This document shows, piece by piece, positions 41,773 through 52,018 of a stretch of 64,000 nucleotides of DNA; position 1 is the stretch's first letter; the number at the start of each line of letters is the position of its first letter. The position numbers and the translations under genes were made by a program. Source of the stretch: an uncultured Actinomycetes bacterium. Its GTDB lineage: Bacteria; Actinomycetota; Thermoleophilia; Gaiellales; Gaiellaceae. The stretch is taken from NCBI GenBank assembly GCA_963737565.1, contig CAVTTF010000013.1, positions 112,281 to 176,280 on the forward strand, read 5' to 3'. Below the pieces are notes generated by a model, which saw nothing but the letters and a program-made list of their open reading frames with translations, did not search any database and was not told the DNA's origin.

Positions 41773-42696
41773 TCAGACCTTCTTCACCTCCGGCTTGCCG
41801 AGCAGCCCGTTGGGGCGGACGAGCAGGAACGCGATCAGGATCGAGAAGACGATGAAGTCCTTGAAGCTCGAGGTGAGGTAGCCGATGGTGTAGGCCTCGG
41901 CCAGGCCGACCATCAGGCCGCCGAGCATGGCGCCCGGGATCGAGCCGATCCCGCCGACGACCGCAGCGGTGAAGCCCTTGAGGCCGTAGTTGAAGCCCAT
42001 GAAGTGATTGATCTGTCCGAAAACCAGGCCGACGAGCACACCGGCGGCGCCCGCCAGCGCACCGCCGATGAAGAAGGTCGAGGCGATTACCCTGTCGACG
42101 TCGACGCCCATCATCGCGGCTGCCTCGCGGTCGAACGCCGTAGCGCGCATCGCCTTGCCGAGCCGCGAGCGGGCAACGAGCAGCGTCAGCACGGCCATCA
42201 TCGCGAACGCGGAGCCGATCACCACCAGGCGGATCACCCAGACATGCAGCGGGCCGGCATCCAGCGCGACCTCGGGTTCGACGAGGTCGAACGTGTCGTA
42301 CGAGCGGAACTCCGCTCCGTACAGCAGCAGCACCGTGTTCTGGATGAAGAACGAGGCGCCGAGCGCCGAGATCAGCGGAGCGATCCGCGGCGCCGCGCGT
42401 AGCGGCCGGTAGGCGAAGCGCTCGAGGACGAGACTGATCCCGCCGCAGGCGACCATCGCCCCGAGCGCCATCAACGGGAGCAGCAGCCAGACGGCGACGT
42501 TGGGGTCCTGGGCGCCGCCGAGCCAGCTGAGGATCCCCCAGCCGACGAACGCCCCCACCATCATCACGTCGCCGTGAGCGAAGTTCAGAAGCTTGAGGAT
42601 CCCGTAGACCATCGAGAAGCCGAGCGCGACGAGCGCGTACACGCTTCCCAGCGTCAGGCCGTTGACGGTCAGCTGGACGAACTTGTCCCAGTCCAC
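41773..42696 (-). CDS. ABC permease (LivH-like)
   Basis: NGLTLGSVYAL, LNFAHG, GGIGSIPGA, RPNGL. Confidence 0.92.
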   Translation of the reverse strand: MDWDKFVQLTVNGLTLGSVYALVALGFSMVYGILKLLNFAHGDVMMVGAFVGWGILSWLGGAQDPNVAVWLLLPLMALGAMVACGGISLVLERFAYRPLRAAPRIAPLISALGASFFIQNTVLLLYGAEFRSYDTFDLVEPEVALDAGPLHVWVIRLVVIGSAFAMMAVLTLLVARSRLGKAMRATAFDREAAAMMGVDVDRVIASTFFIGGALAGAAGVLVGLVFGQINHFMGFNYGLKGFTAAVVGGIGSIPGAMLGGLMVGLAEAYTIGYLTSSFKDFIVFSILIAFLLVRPNGLLGKPEVKKV

Positions 42697-42859
42697 GGCG
42701 GATCAGCGAGCGGTGAGGCGTGAACGGAGCGCGGCCGCCAAGCGGCCGCGCTTCAGGGATGTTGCGCGTCGCCGAGCCGCGCGAGCGTGTCGGCGACTTG
42801 CGCGGGAAATGCAGGGCGGCCCGCCGCGAGGACGGGCCGCCCGATCGGTCACGCTCCGC

Positions 42860-44000
42860 TTACGCGACGTACGTGTACTTCCCGCTCGTGATTCGGAAGA
42901 AGTACCAGTTGACGCCCGCGGCGTCGCCCTTCGGCGTGAAGCGAAGCGTTCCGCCGAGGATCGACGGCATGTTCGTCCGCCTCACCTGGGAGACGACTTC
43001 GCCACGGTTCACCCTCCCGTCCGCGCACGCCTTGCGGATCGCGTCCATCACGACCCACGCCGGCAAGGTACGTCGGCGGCCCGAAGGTCCCCCACGTCTT
43101 GCCGGGAGCGAACTTCGCGTAGCCGGCGACGAGCGCGCGGTCGGCCCGGATGTTGCGGATGTCGGGGGCGAAGGCCGAGACATAGCCGAGCTTGGGCTTG
43201 TACTGGCTCGGCGAGTACGCGCCGTCGCTGCCGAGGACGACTGCTTTCTTGCCTTGCTCGCGCAACTGGTTGGCGAGCGTGTTCGCTGCCGACGCGGTCT
43301 GCGTGGCGAAGATCACGACCTTGATGCTGCTCGAGACGTTCGTCACGATCGAAGAGAAATCGGTCTCCGTGTTGGAGACGGACTGACGGGAGACCTTGAC
43401 GCCCTTGGCCCGGAAGCCGCGGCTCATGCCAGACGCAAGCGCCGTCGAGTAATCGTCCTGCGAGTCGATCACCATCACGTTCTTCGCCTTCAGGTACGAC
43501 GTGACGAACTTGACGATGCTCGCTGACTGGATGGTGTCGTTGGGGATCACGCGGAAGAACGTCGGGTACTTCCCGCTCGTGAGGTCAGCGCGGGTCGCGG
43601 ACCCAGAAACCGACGCGAGCGAGTTGCGCCGGTAGAGGATGCCGCTCGAGATCACGGACTGACTCGTCGATCCCCCGATGACCCCGAGGAGGCTCGTGTC
43701 GGAGACGAACTTCTGCGCCACCGTGCGCGAGAGCGAGGCCGCGAGTTGCGTGTCGCCCTGCTTGAGCGTGAATGACAGCCCGTAGCGCTTCTTGAAGTTC
43801 GCGATCGCGTATTGCAGCCAGCTCAGCTGCTCCTGGCCGATGACGGCGACCGCGCCTGTCAACGGCGCAGCGATGCCGATCGTTGGGCCGGTGCAGCTGA
43901 ACGCTGCGGCGCCGGCCGGCGCCGCGGGCCTCGCGATCGCTGTCGCGGCGAATACGGCTGCAACGACGAGCGCGAACCCCAGCGCGATGACCTTCTTCAT
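42860..44000 (-). CDS. ABC substrate-binding protein (LivJ/K-like; frameshift ~43065)
   Basis: Signal peptide, APLTG, SATRADLT, FFRVIPND; RBS GGAGG. Confidence 0.85.
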
Positions 44001-44045
44001 GTGCGTGCCCTCCTTGTTGGTGTGTCCGCTGTGACGGCTGGGAAC

Positions 44046-44792
44046 CTACGTTGTTGCGGCCTCTGCTGCCGCCGCGTCGTACGAGCGCGCCGCCGGGCTC
44101 TCGGCCGGATGGAAGACGCCAAGGATCTGCATCACGTCGGGCCCGGAGTTCTCGATGCAATGAACATGGTCGCGTGGCAGGTGAAAGCACGAGCCGGGCC
44201 CGATCGGAATCGGATCGCCGCCCATGTGCGCGAAGCCGGTGCCGGCCAGCACATAGCCCACCTCGTCGTAGGGGTGGCTGTGGTCAGGGGCGCGGAACGG
44301 CTCGACAAAGCCGACGAACTGCGTCGCCTGCGTGCAGCCCGTCTCCGCGCCGAAGAGCACGCGATACGTCCGTTTCTCGTCGGCTCGCTGCTCCGCCCGG
44401 TCCTCCAGGCGGAGGACGTCCTGCCGGTTGAGAGGCACGATCACGTCGGTCTCCACCGGCGGGATCAGGACCGAGACGATCACGAGGTCGTCCGCGCCAG
44501 TGTTCTCGACGACGGCCGACTCGCCGGCGGCGAGGTGGACCGCCGTTCCGGGCTCCAGCGGGTGCGTTCCCGTCGGGAGCTCGACCGTCCCCGCGCCGGA
44601 GACGACGAACAGCAGATCGTCGTGGTCCAGGTCGCGCCGCGGATGCGAGCGGCCGGCGCTGAAGTGAATCACGCGCTGCGTGAGCAGCTCGCACCCGTCG
44701 AGCGGCCCGATCGTCTCCATGACGACCGCCGAGTCGCCCGACTCGCGCACGCCAAGAGCCTCGTCCTGCGAGACGACATACGCCGCACCCAC
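44046..44792 (-). CDS. Bicupin protein
   Basis: Two cupin units; the second has HSHPYDEVGYV...HCIEN. Confidence 0.8.
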   Translation of the reverse strand: MGAAYVVSQDEALGVRESGDSAVVMETIGPLDGCELLTQRVIHFSAGRSHPRRDLDHDDLLFVVSGAGTVELPTGTHPLEPGTAVHLAAGESAVVENTGADDLVIVSVLIPPVETDVIVPLNRQDVLRLEDRAEQRADEKRTYRVLFGAETGCTQATQFVGFVEPFRAPDHSHPYDEVGYVLAGTGFAHMGGDPIPIGPGSCFHLPRDHVHCIENSGPDVMQILGVFHPAESPAARSYDAAAAEAATT

Positions 44793-44824
44793 GAGGGCAA
44801 TCCTCGCCCCGGCGCTTCGACATG

Positions 44825-45217
44825 TCAATCCGTCGCCAGCGCCTCGACCCAGCCCCGGGTGTCGAGAAACTGGCGGAAGCACACCGCCTTGCCCTCGCGA
44901 AGCGTCCAGAGATGTGCATACGGCACGTCGAGCCGCCTCCCCGTCCCTTTCGCCCGGCCGACGTAGCGGCCGAGCACGAGCACGTGCGCGCCGGCATCGA
45001 TGAACTCCTCCGGCTCGGCCGAGAACTCCTCCCACCACTCCTCGTGCAGCGGGTCGAAGACGTTTCGACGGACCTCGTCGATCCCGCGGTAGTAGCCACC
45101 GTGCGGGAGGCCCTGAGCCTGATGCCACTCGATCTCCGGGTGCATGTCCGCCATGACGCCGTCCAGGTCACCACGGGCGAAGGCCTCGTAGGAACGCCTG
45201 ACGATGTCGACGGCCAT
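44825..45217 (-). CDS. SnoaL/NTF2 (ketosteroid isomerase-like) protein
   Basis: VRRSYEAFARGD...AHLWTLREGK..FRQFLDT. Confidence 0.88.
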   Translation of the reverse strand: MAVDIVRRSYEAFARGDLDGVMADMHPEIEWHQAQGLPHGGYYRGIDEVRRNVFDPLHEEWWEEFSAEPEEFIDAGAHVLVLGRYVGRAKGTGRRLDVPYAHLWTLREGKAVCFRQFLDTRGWVEALATD

Positions 45218-45228
45218 GCCGCTAGCGT

Positions 45229-46209
45229 ATGGCGGGCATGCCGCCCGTCGTCGAGGCTGTCGACCTCCACCGCTCGTACAAGACCACCACCGGCTCCGTC
45301 CGGCGGCGGTCGCTCGAGGTCGAAGCGGTGCGCGGCGTCAGCTTCGAGATCGGCGAAGGCGAGCTCTTCGGCCTGCTCGGCCCCAACGGCGCCGGGAAGA
45401 CGACGACGATCAAGATGCTGATCACGCTGCTGATCCCCACCGCGGGCTCGGCGCGCGTGCTCGGTCACGACGTCGTCGAGGATGCCCGCTGGGTCCGCGG
45501 GCACATCGGCTATGTCTTCGGCGGCGACCGCGGGCTCTACGAGCGGCTCTCCGCGCTCGACAACCTGCGCTACTTCTGCGAGCTGTACGGCGTGGAACCC
45601 GGCCGGCAGAAGCAGCGGATCGCCGAGCTGCTCGACCTCGTCGGCCTCGCCGGCCGGGAGAAGGAGCGCGTCGAGGGGTACTCGCGCGGCATGCGCCAGC
45701 GGCTCCACATCGCCCGCGGCCTCCTCCACGACCCGCCGGTCGTCTTCCTCGACGAGCCGACGATCGGCGTCGACCCCGTCGGCGCCCGCGAGCTCCGCGC
45801 GACGATCGCGTCGCTCGTCCAGTCGGGCAAGACCGTCCTGCTGACGACGCACTACATGTTCGAAGCCGACCAGCTCTGCGATCGCATCGCGGTGATCTCG
45901 AAAGGGAAGATCGTCGCCGAGGGGACGCCGCGTGACCTGAAGGGAATGGTGAGCGAAGGCAGCGTCGTCGAAGTCGAGGTCTACGGCGTCGAGGACGGGA
46001 CGGTCGAAGGCCTCCGTAGCCTGCCCGGGGTGAAGGCCGTCTCGGTCGAGGACCGGGAACAGGCGCAGGTGATCGTTGTCCAGGCCGCCGCCGGGGAGGA
46101 GTTGACGCACGCGATCCTCAGCCGCCTCGACGGCGCCACCGTCGGGCGCGTCTCCTCGCGCGAGCCGACGCTCGAGGACGCGTACGTCGCCCTCGTCACC
46201 GAGGACTGA
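45229..46209 (+). CDS. ABC-2 type exporter ATPase (DrrA-like)
   Basis: GPNGAGKT, YSRGMRQR, FLDEPT, TTH, C-terminal PTLEDAY. Confidence 0.92.
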   Translation: MAGMPPVVEAVDLHRSYKTTTGSVRRRSLEVEAVRGVSFEIGEGELFGLLGPNGAGKTTTIKMLITLLIPTAGSARVLGHDVVEDARWVRGHIGYVFGGDRGLYERLSALDNLRYFCELYGVEPGRQKQRIAELLDLVGLAGREKERVEGYSRGMRQRLHIARGLLHDPPVVFLDEPTIGVDPVGARELRATIASLVQSGKTVLLTTHYMFEADQLCDRIAVISKGKIVAEGTPRDLKGMVSEGSVVEVEVYGVEDGTVEGLRSLPGVKAVSVEDREQAQVIVVQAAAGEELTHAILSRLDGATVGRVSSREPTLEDAYVALVTED

Positions 46210-46210
46210 C

Positions 46211-46981
46211 ATGAGACTGGCGCGGGTGCTCGCGCTCGGCTGGCTCTTTCACCTGAAGATGCTCGTTCGCGACCCGTTCAACGGGCTGCTCGGCGTGCTG
46301 TATCCGCTCTTCTTCGCGACCGTCGCGTTCTTCATGTTCCAGGCCGGAGGCGATCCCGCGTTGCTCGTGTACGCATCCCTCGGCGCGGCGGTGATGGGCA
46401 TCTGGTCGGCGACGAGCACGTCCGCCGGTGCGGCGATGCAGCGCGAGCGCTGGCACGGGACACTCGAGCTGCTCGTCGCCTCCCCCACCCCGTTCGCCGT
46501 CGTCCTCCTCCCCGTGACGATCGCGATGGCGACAGTCGGGATCTACAGCATGGTCGCGACCCTGCTCTGGGGTCGGCTCCTCTTCGGAATCGAGCTGACG
46601 ATCGAGCATCCGCTCATCTTCGTGCTCTCGATCCCGGCCACCGTGATCTCGATCGGGACGCTCGGCTTCCTGCTCGCCGTCGCTTTCGTCCGCCACCGCG
46701 CCGCGTGGGCGCTCGGCAACATGTTCGAGTACCCCGTCTGGCTCATCTGCGGCTTCCTCGTTCCCCTCACATTGCTCCCGGACTGGGTGCGGCCGATCTC
46801 GTGGGCGCTCGCCCCCACCTGGGGCATGAACGCGGTCCGGGAGTCCGCGCTCGGCGGCGACCCGCTGCTCGACATCGCGATGTGCGCCGCCCTCGGCACC
46901 GTCTACACCCTCGCCGGCATCCTCGTCGCCGACCGCATGCTCACCGCCGCCCGCGCCCGGGCAACGCTCTCGCTGACGTGA
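46211..46981 (+). CDS. ABC-2 permease A1
   Basis: About 6 TM segments, ERWHGTLELL, LPDW..APTW. Confidence 0.88.
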   Translation: MRLARVLALGWLFHLKMLVRDPFNGLLGVLYPLFFATVAFFMFQAGGDPALLVYASLGAAVMGIWSATSTSAGAAMQRERWHGTLELLVASPTPFAVVLLPVTIAMATVGIYSMVATLLWGRLLFGIELTIEHPLIFVLSIPATVISIGTLGFLLAVAFVRHRAAWALGNMFEYPVWLICGFLVPLTLLPDWVRPISWALAPTWGMNAVRESALGGDPLLDIAMCAALGTVYTLAGILVADRMLTAARARATLSLT

Positions 46982-47763
46982 CCAGCGTCCGGGTTTTCTT
47001 CGTGGGTGGCCTGATCAGCTACCGGGCGCTTTTCGGCTTCCTCAATCCGTGGATCTTCGTACCGAGCTTGCTCGTGGCGCCGATCTTCCAGATCCTGCTT
47101 TTCGCCTACATCGGCCGCTCGGCAGAGCTCGAGTCGGACGAGTTCTACGTGATCGGAAACGCAGTCCAGTACACGGCGATCCCGTGTCTCTTCGCGATGA
47201 CGCAGACGATCGCGGGCGAGCGCTACCAGCAGACGCTGGGCTACATCCTCGTCACACCGGCCCGGCGACTGCCGCTTTTCCTCGGTCGCGCCGTGCCCGT
47301 GATCGTGAACGGATTCTTCGTCGGCGTGTTCGCCCTCGTGGTCGGCGGGGCGATCCTGCGCATCGACGTGCCCGCCTCCGCCTACGCGCCGCTCGCGCTC
47401 GTGACCGCCGTCGCCGCCTATTCGTGCACCGGGCTGGGGCTGATCAACGCGGCGCTGGGACTGATCATCCGCGAGACCGCGGTCCTCTCGAACATCATCT
47501 TCGGCCTACTCCTGATCTTCACGGGCGCCAATGTTCCGATCGACGACCTACCGGGTTGGATGCAAGCCGTGTCCGAGGTGCTCCCGTTCACCCACGCGAT
47601 CGAGGCGGCGCGCGAGCTGGCCGACGGCGCCTCGCTCGCGGACGTGAGCGGCCTCGTCGGAGCGGAAGCGCTGATCGGGACGGTGTATGTCGCCGTCGGC
47701 TACACGATGCTGCGCTGGGTCGAAATCGTCAGCCGCCGCCGGGCGACGCTGGAGAAGGCCTAG
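46978..47763 (+). CDS. ABC-2 permease B1
   Basis: GTGA overlap with A1; ERYQQTL, LPGW, PFTH. Confidence 0.88.
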   Translation: MTSVRVFFVGGLISYRALFGFLNPWIFVPSLLVAPIFQILLFAYIGRSAELESDEFYVIGNAVQYTAIPCLFAMTQTIAGERYQQTLGYILVTPARRLPLFLGRAVPVIVNGFFVGVFALVVGGAILRIDVPASAYAPLALVTAVAAYSCTGLGLINAALGLIIRETAVLSNIIFGLLLIFTGANVPIDDLPGWMQAVSEVLPFTHAIEAARELADGASLADVSGLVGAEALIGTVYVAVGYTMLRWVEIVSRRRATLEKA

Positions 47764-48038
47764 CCGAACCGCTCGACCAACCCGCGCGCGTAGGTGTCTT
47801 CCCAACGCTCCTCCGAGCCCGCCGCGGCGTGCTCGCGGTCGAGCTCGACCAGAGCGTGCACGAGGTGACTACGCACGGGGCGGGTGCCCAGGAGCTCGGG
47901 CAGCTCCGAGAGGTCGAGGAGCCAGTCGGCGTACCACGAGGCCCAGTCCGCATCGTCACCGTCGGTCACCCGGTAGACGACGTGGTGCGTCTCCGCCGCC
48001 TCGTGCAGCAGCTCTGCGATCTTCGCCGGGTCGGCCAT
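47760..48038 (-). CDS. Small hypothetical protein
   Basis: MADPAKIAELLHEAAETHH...DWASWYADWL; TACGGT upstream of the start. Confidence 0.7.
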   Translation of the reverse strand: MADPAKIAELLHEAAETHHVVYRVTDGDDADWASWYADWLLDLSELPELLGTRPVRSHLVHALVELDREHAAAGSEERWEDTYARGLVERFG

Positions 48039-48074
48039 CTGCGGTGACCGTAGCCGACGGGCTAGGTTGACGAG

Positions 48075-48843
48075 ATGCTGCGGCTGCTCGGCGTCGGGTG
48101 GCTCTTCCACCTCAAGAGCCTGACGAACTCGCTGTTCTTCGTCCTGATCTCTGTCATGCAGCCGGTGATCTTCGCCTCGATCGCGTTCCTGATGGTGGAG
48201 AACGGGAATCAGTCGGGGACGCTCCTCTACGTCGCGCTCGGCGCGGGCCTCATGGGGATCTGGTCGTCGACGCTGTTCGGCTCCGGCGGCGCGATCCAGT
48301 GGCAACGGTGGCAAGGGACGCTCGAGCTGCTCGTCGCCGCGCCGGCCCCGTTCGTCTTCTGCCTCCTCCCCCTGACGGTGGCAACGTCGACGATCGGGCT
48401 CTATTCGATCGTCGCCACGTTGTTCTGGGGACGGGTCTTCTTCGGCGTTCCACTGGACTTCGTACACCCGCTGCAACTCGCCGTCGCCCTTCCCGTAACC
48501 GTGCTCAGCCTCGGCATGCTCGGCCTGGTCCTCGCCTCGACGTTCGTCCTCGCGCGGCATGCGCACCGCCTTCTCGAACCTCCTCGAGTACCCCGTCTGG
48601 CTCGCCACAGGACTGCTCGTCCCACTGACCCTGCTGCCGGCCTGGGTCGGGCCGATCTCGTGGGTGCTCGCGCCGACCTGGGGCATCGAGGCGATCCGCG
48701 ACGCGGCGATCGGTGGCTCGAGCGCGTGGCCGGAGATCGGCATGTGCGCAGCGCTCGGCGTCGTCTACCTCGCCCTCGGCACCGTCCTCCTCCGCAACTT
48801 CGAGCGGCTCGCGCGGCAGCGCGCGACGCTCGCCCTGACGTGA
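48075..48843 (+). CDS. ABC-2 permease A2 (paralog of A1; frameshift ~48560)
   Basis: GWLFHLK, RWQGTLELL, APTWG, RATLALT; TAGGTT-6nt-ATG leaderless-type promoter. Confidence 0.85.
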
Positions 48844-49629
48844 GCCCGGCCCTCCGCGTCTTCTTCGTCGGCGGCGCGATCTCGTATCGCGCGCTCTTCA
48901 ACTGGATCAGCCCGCTGATGTACGTGACCACGATGCTCGGCAGCCCGCTCTTCCAGGTGCTCTTCTTCACCTACCTCGGCCGCTACGCGGGCAGCGAGGA
49001 CGACGCGTTCTTCATCGTCGGCAACGCCGTCCAGGTCGCCGCGATGTCCGGGATCTACGGGATGACGATGGGAATCGCCAACGAGCGCCAATTCGGCACG
49101 CTCTCGCCGCTGCTCGCCACGCCGGCCAACCGGCTCGCGGTCTTCTCCGGGCGAGCGCTGCCGTTCGTCGCCAACGGGCTCGTCGTGTCCGCCTTCGGCT
49201 TCGCGGTCGGGTGGCTGCTGCTCGACTTCGAGCCCGCGGCCGGCAGCCTTGCCGGCGCTCGCATTCGTCGTCGTGGTGACGACGTCGTCGTGCGTCGCGC
49301 TGGGGATGCTGATCGGCTCGATCGGCCTGCGGGCCCGCGACGTCTTCTTCGGGGCCAACCTCGTCTACTTCCTGATGCTTCTCGTCTGCGGCGTCAACGT
49401 CGCCGTCGACGACCTGCCCGGCTGGCTGCAGCCGATCTCGAACTCGCTGCCGATGACACACGGGATCGAGGCGGCCCGCGAAGTCGCAGCCGGGGCGCCG
49501 CTCAGCGACGTCTCGGGCCTCCTCGCGACGGAGGCGCTGATCGGGCTCGCGTACGCGGCGGTCGCGTACGGCCTCTTCCGCCTGTTCGAGCTCGAAGGCC
49601 GGCGGCACGGCACGCTCGAGACGTACTGA
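48840..49629 (+). CDS. ABC-2 permease B2 (paralog of B1; frameshift ~49250)
   Basis: RVFFVGGAISYRALF, ERQFGTL, LPGW, PMTH. Confidence 0.85.
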
Positions 49630-49653
49630 GCGCGCACGTGCAAGACTCGGGTC

Positions 49654-50395
49654 GTGTCACGCGTCGTCGACCCGGAGCAGACGCACCTCGCGCGTCCTGC
49701 GCGGGCTGGCGGACTTCCGCGGCGCCCGCGTACTCGAAGTCGGCGCCGGCGAAGGCCGGCTGACGACGGGCTTCGCGGCCGGAGGCGGCGTCTGTGCTGG
49801 CGATCGACCCGCGACACCGATTCGATCGCGGAGGCCGAGCAGGCGCTCGCGGCGGACCTGCGCGAGAAGGTCACTTTCCGCGTGGCGTCGGCCGGCGAGG
49901 TCGACGTGCCGCGGTCGAGCTTCGACCTCGTGCTCTTCTCCTGGTCGCTCTGATGACTGGAGACGGAGGGCGTCGTGGACGTCCTGCGCCACCTCTACGA
50001 GACACTCGCGCCCGGCGGCGTCATGCTCGACCTCCGCTCGGTGCCGCCGCCCTCGCTCGTCGAGGTCGACGGCAAAGCGATCGGCGAGCTCGACGAATCG
50101 GAGTTCTTCCCGCGGAGCGAGCACAACGGCGACGCGCTCGCGGCGCTCGCCGCCGAGGGGTTGCTGACCCTCGAAGGCGAGGAGCGGCACGAGATCCTGA
50201 TCGTCTATCCCACCGGCCGCGACCTCGTCGACGACGTCGCCGACTGGGGCAGCACGAAGGTGCCGGAGACGCTGGCGGCGCGGCTCATGGCGATCGACCG
50301 CGAGTGCCGGATCCGCGATTCTGCCTGCATCGCGCGTCACCCGTCGCCGCCCGCAGCGGTGCCCGGAAGCCTCGGACCGGACGAGCTCGCGCTAG
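49654..50395 (+). CDS. Class I SAM methyltransferase with two adjacent in-frame TGA codons (candidate UU selenoprotein)
   Basis: Motif I VLEVGAGEG (49730-49756, shifted frame), VLAIDP, then FDLVLFSWSL-TGA-TGA-LETEGVVDVLRHLYETLAPGGVMLDL in one frame. Three compensating indels in the 5' part; 3' end approximate. Confidence 0.75.
49967..49985 (+). promoter_or_regulatory. Candidate bacterial SECIS element
   Basis: Stem AGGGCGTC/GACGTCCT (one G-U pair) with GTG apical loop, beginning 10 nt after the second TGA. Confidence 0.6.
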
Positions 50396-51209
50396 AAGAA
50401 GAACTGCTTCCAGGCCTCCCACCAGGTGTCGGCGCGCGAGACGATCGTCCGGGCGTCGACCCGCTCGACGCCGTGGCGGTGGCGGAGCTGCGTCGGGCGC
50501 GAGCGTGTTCTTGAACTCGACCCGGATCTCGCACGGGCTGCCCGGGTCGTACGGCTCGACCGCCGCGAGATCGGCGAGCGCGCGCTTCGCGCCTTCCTCG
50601 ATCAGCTTGCGCGCCCGCAGCGGCGCGACATCCGCGCGCTCGAATCGCCGAGGCCCTGCTTGACCGCGACGGTCGTCAGCCCGTCGCCGAGCAGCTCCGT
50701 GCCCTCGCGGCACGCGGCCTCGTCGCCGGTGACGAGGAGCGACCGGGCAGCCCCAGGTCCCGCAGAGCGCGGCGTTGATCCCCGTCTCGCCGACGAGCGT
50801 GCCGTTGAACCAGAGGTTCTGCCAGTCGCTGGCCCGAAACCGTGTGGTTCATCACGCCGTCGGGCGTGCCGGCCATGCGCGTGCATGCCGACGAAGAGCG
50901 CGGCATCGCACGCCGTCCTCGAGGAAGCTCGGTGTACTCCGTCCACTCGTCCTGGACGACGTAGTCGCACGTCCTCGTCGAGCAGGTCGGGAACGAGCGA
51001 GTTGAACATCCACTCGTCGCCGGCGCCGTGGCAGTCCATGACGACGATCTCGGTCGCTCCGGCCGCCTTCGCGCCGCGGACGGCCGCGTTGATCTCCTCG
51101 GTGTAGAGCCTTGCGGCCTCGTCGTAGAGCGGCGCGGCCCCCGATGGATCTGCGCGCACTTGACGATTCCGGACACGCCCTCCATGTCGCTGATGACGAA
51201 CACGCGCAT
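50392..51209 (-). CDS. M55 D-aminopeptidase (DppA-like; several frameshifts)
   Basis: ISDMEG, EINAAV.GA..AGA, DCHG, FVGMHA, NHT, VTGD, VAVK. Confidence 0.85.
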
Positions 51210-51234
51210 CCGCGCGGATTAGCCTAACCCGACC

Positions 51235-52018
51235 ATGGAGACAGGTCTCGCGGGCAAGCGCGTGCTCGTCACGGGCGCGTCCGGCGGCATCGGCGCCGCG
51301 TGTGCGCGCGCGTTCGCCGCCGAGGGCGCGCGGGTCGCGCCGCACTACCACCGCGGCGCGCGAGCGCGCGCGAGGCGCTGGCCGAGGAGCTCGGCGACGC
51401 GCCGATCGTCCAGGCCGACCTCACCGCCGAGGACGAGGTCGACCGGCTCTTCGACGAGGCGCGTGAAGCGTCGGCACGATCGACATCTGCGCTGCGGTCG
51501 CCGGCGTCTGGCCGGCGAGGACGTGCCCGGTCTGGGAGCTGCCGCTCGAGCGCTGGGAGGCGACGCTGCGCGCGAACCTCACGTCGACGTTCCTCACCGC
51601 GCGCGGCTTCCTGCGCGAAGTGGCGCGCAACGGCCACGGCTCGCTCGTTCTCGTCGGCTCGACCGCGGGACTCTTCGGCGAGGCGGGGCACGCGGACTAC
51701 GCGGCCGCGAAGTCCGCCGTCCTCGGCGGGCTGCTGCTCTCGCTCAAGAACGAGATCGTCCGCGTGGCGCCGCCGGCGAGGGTGAACGCCGTCGCGCCGG
51801 GCTGGACGGAGTCGCCGATGACGCGCGGCCACGTCGATCCGGAGGCGGTCACCCGCATCTCGCGGACGATGGCGCTGCGCAAGGTCGCTCAGCCCGAGGA
51901 CATCGCCGCACAGGTCGTCGTCCTCGCTTCGGACGTGCTCTCCGGGCACGTCACCGGGCAGGTCGTCACCGTGGCCGGCGGAATGGAGGGCCGAGTCGTC
52001 CACGAGCGTGACCGGTGA
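51235..52018 (+). CDS. SDR oxidoreductase (frameshifted)
   Basis: TGASGGIG, YAAAK, VNAVAPGW. Confidence 0.88.

Noticed and set aside
49951-49956. Genome-wide UGA reassignment (Trp or Gly) as the explanation for TGATGA
   Set aside because: TGA is the normal stop of many clear genes here (e.g. ending at 2080, 30316, 46209, 49629) and Trp is encoded by TGG.
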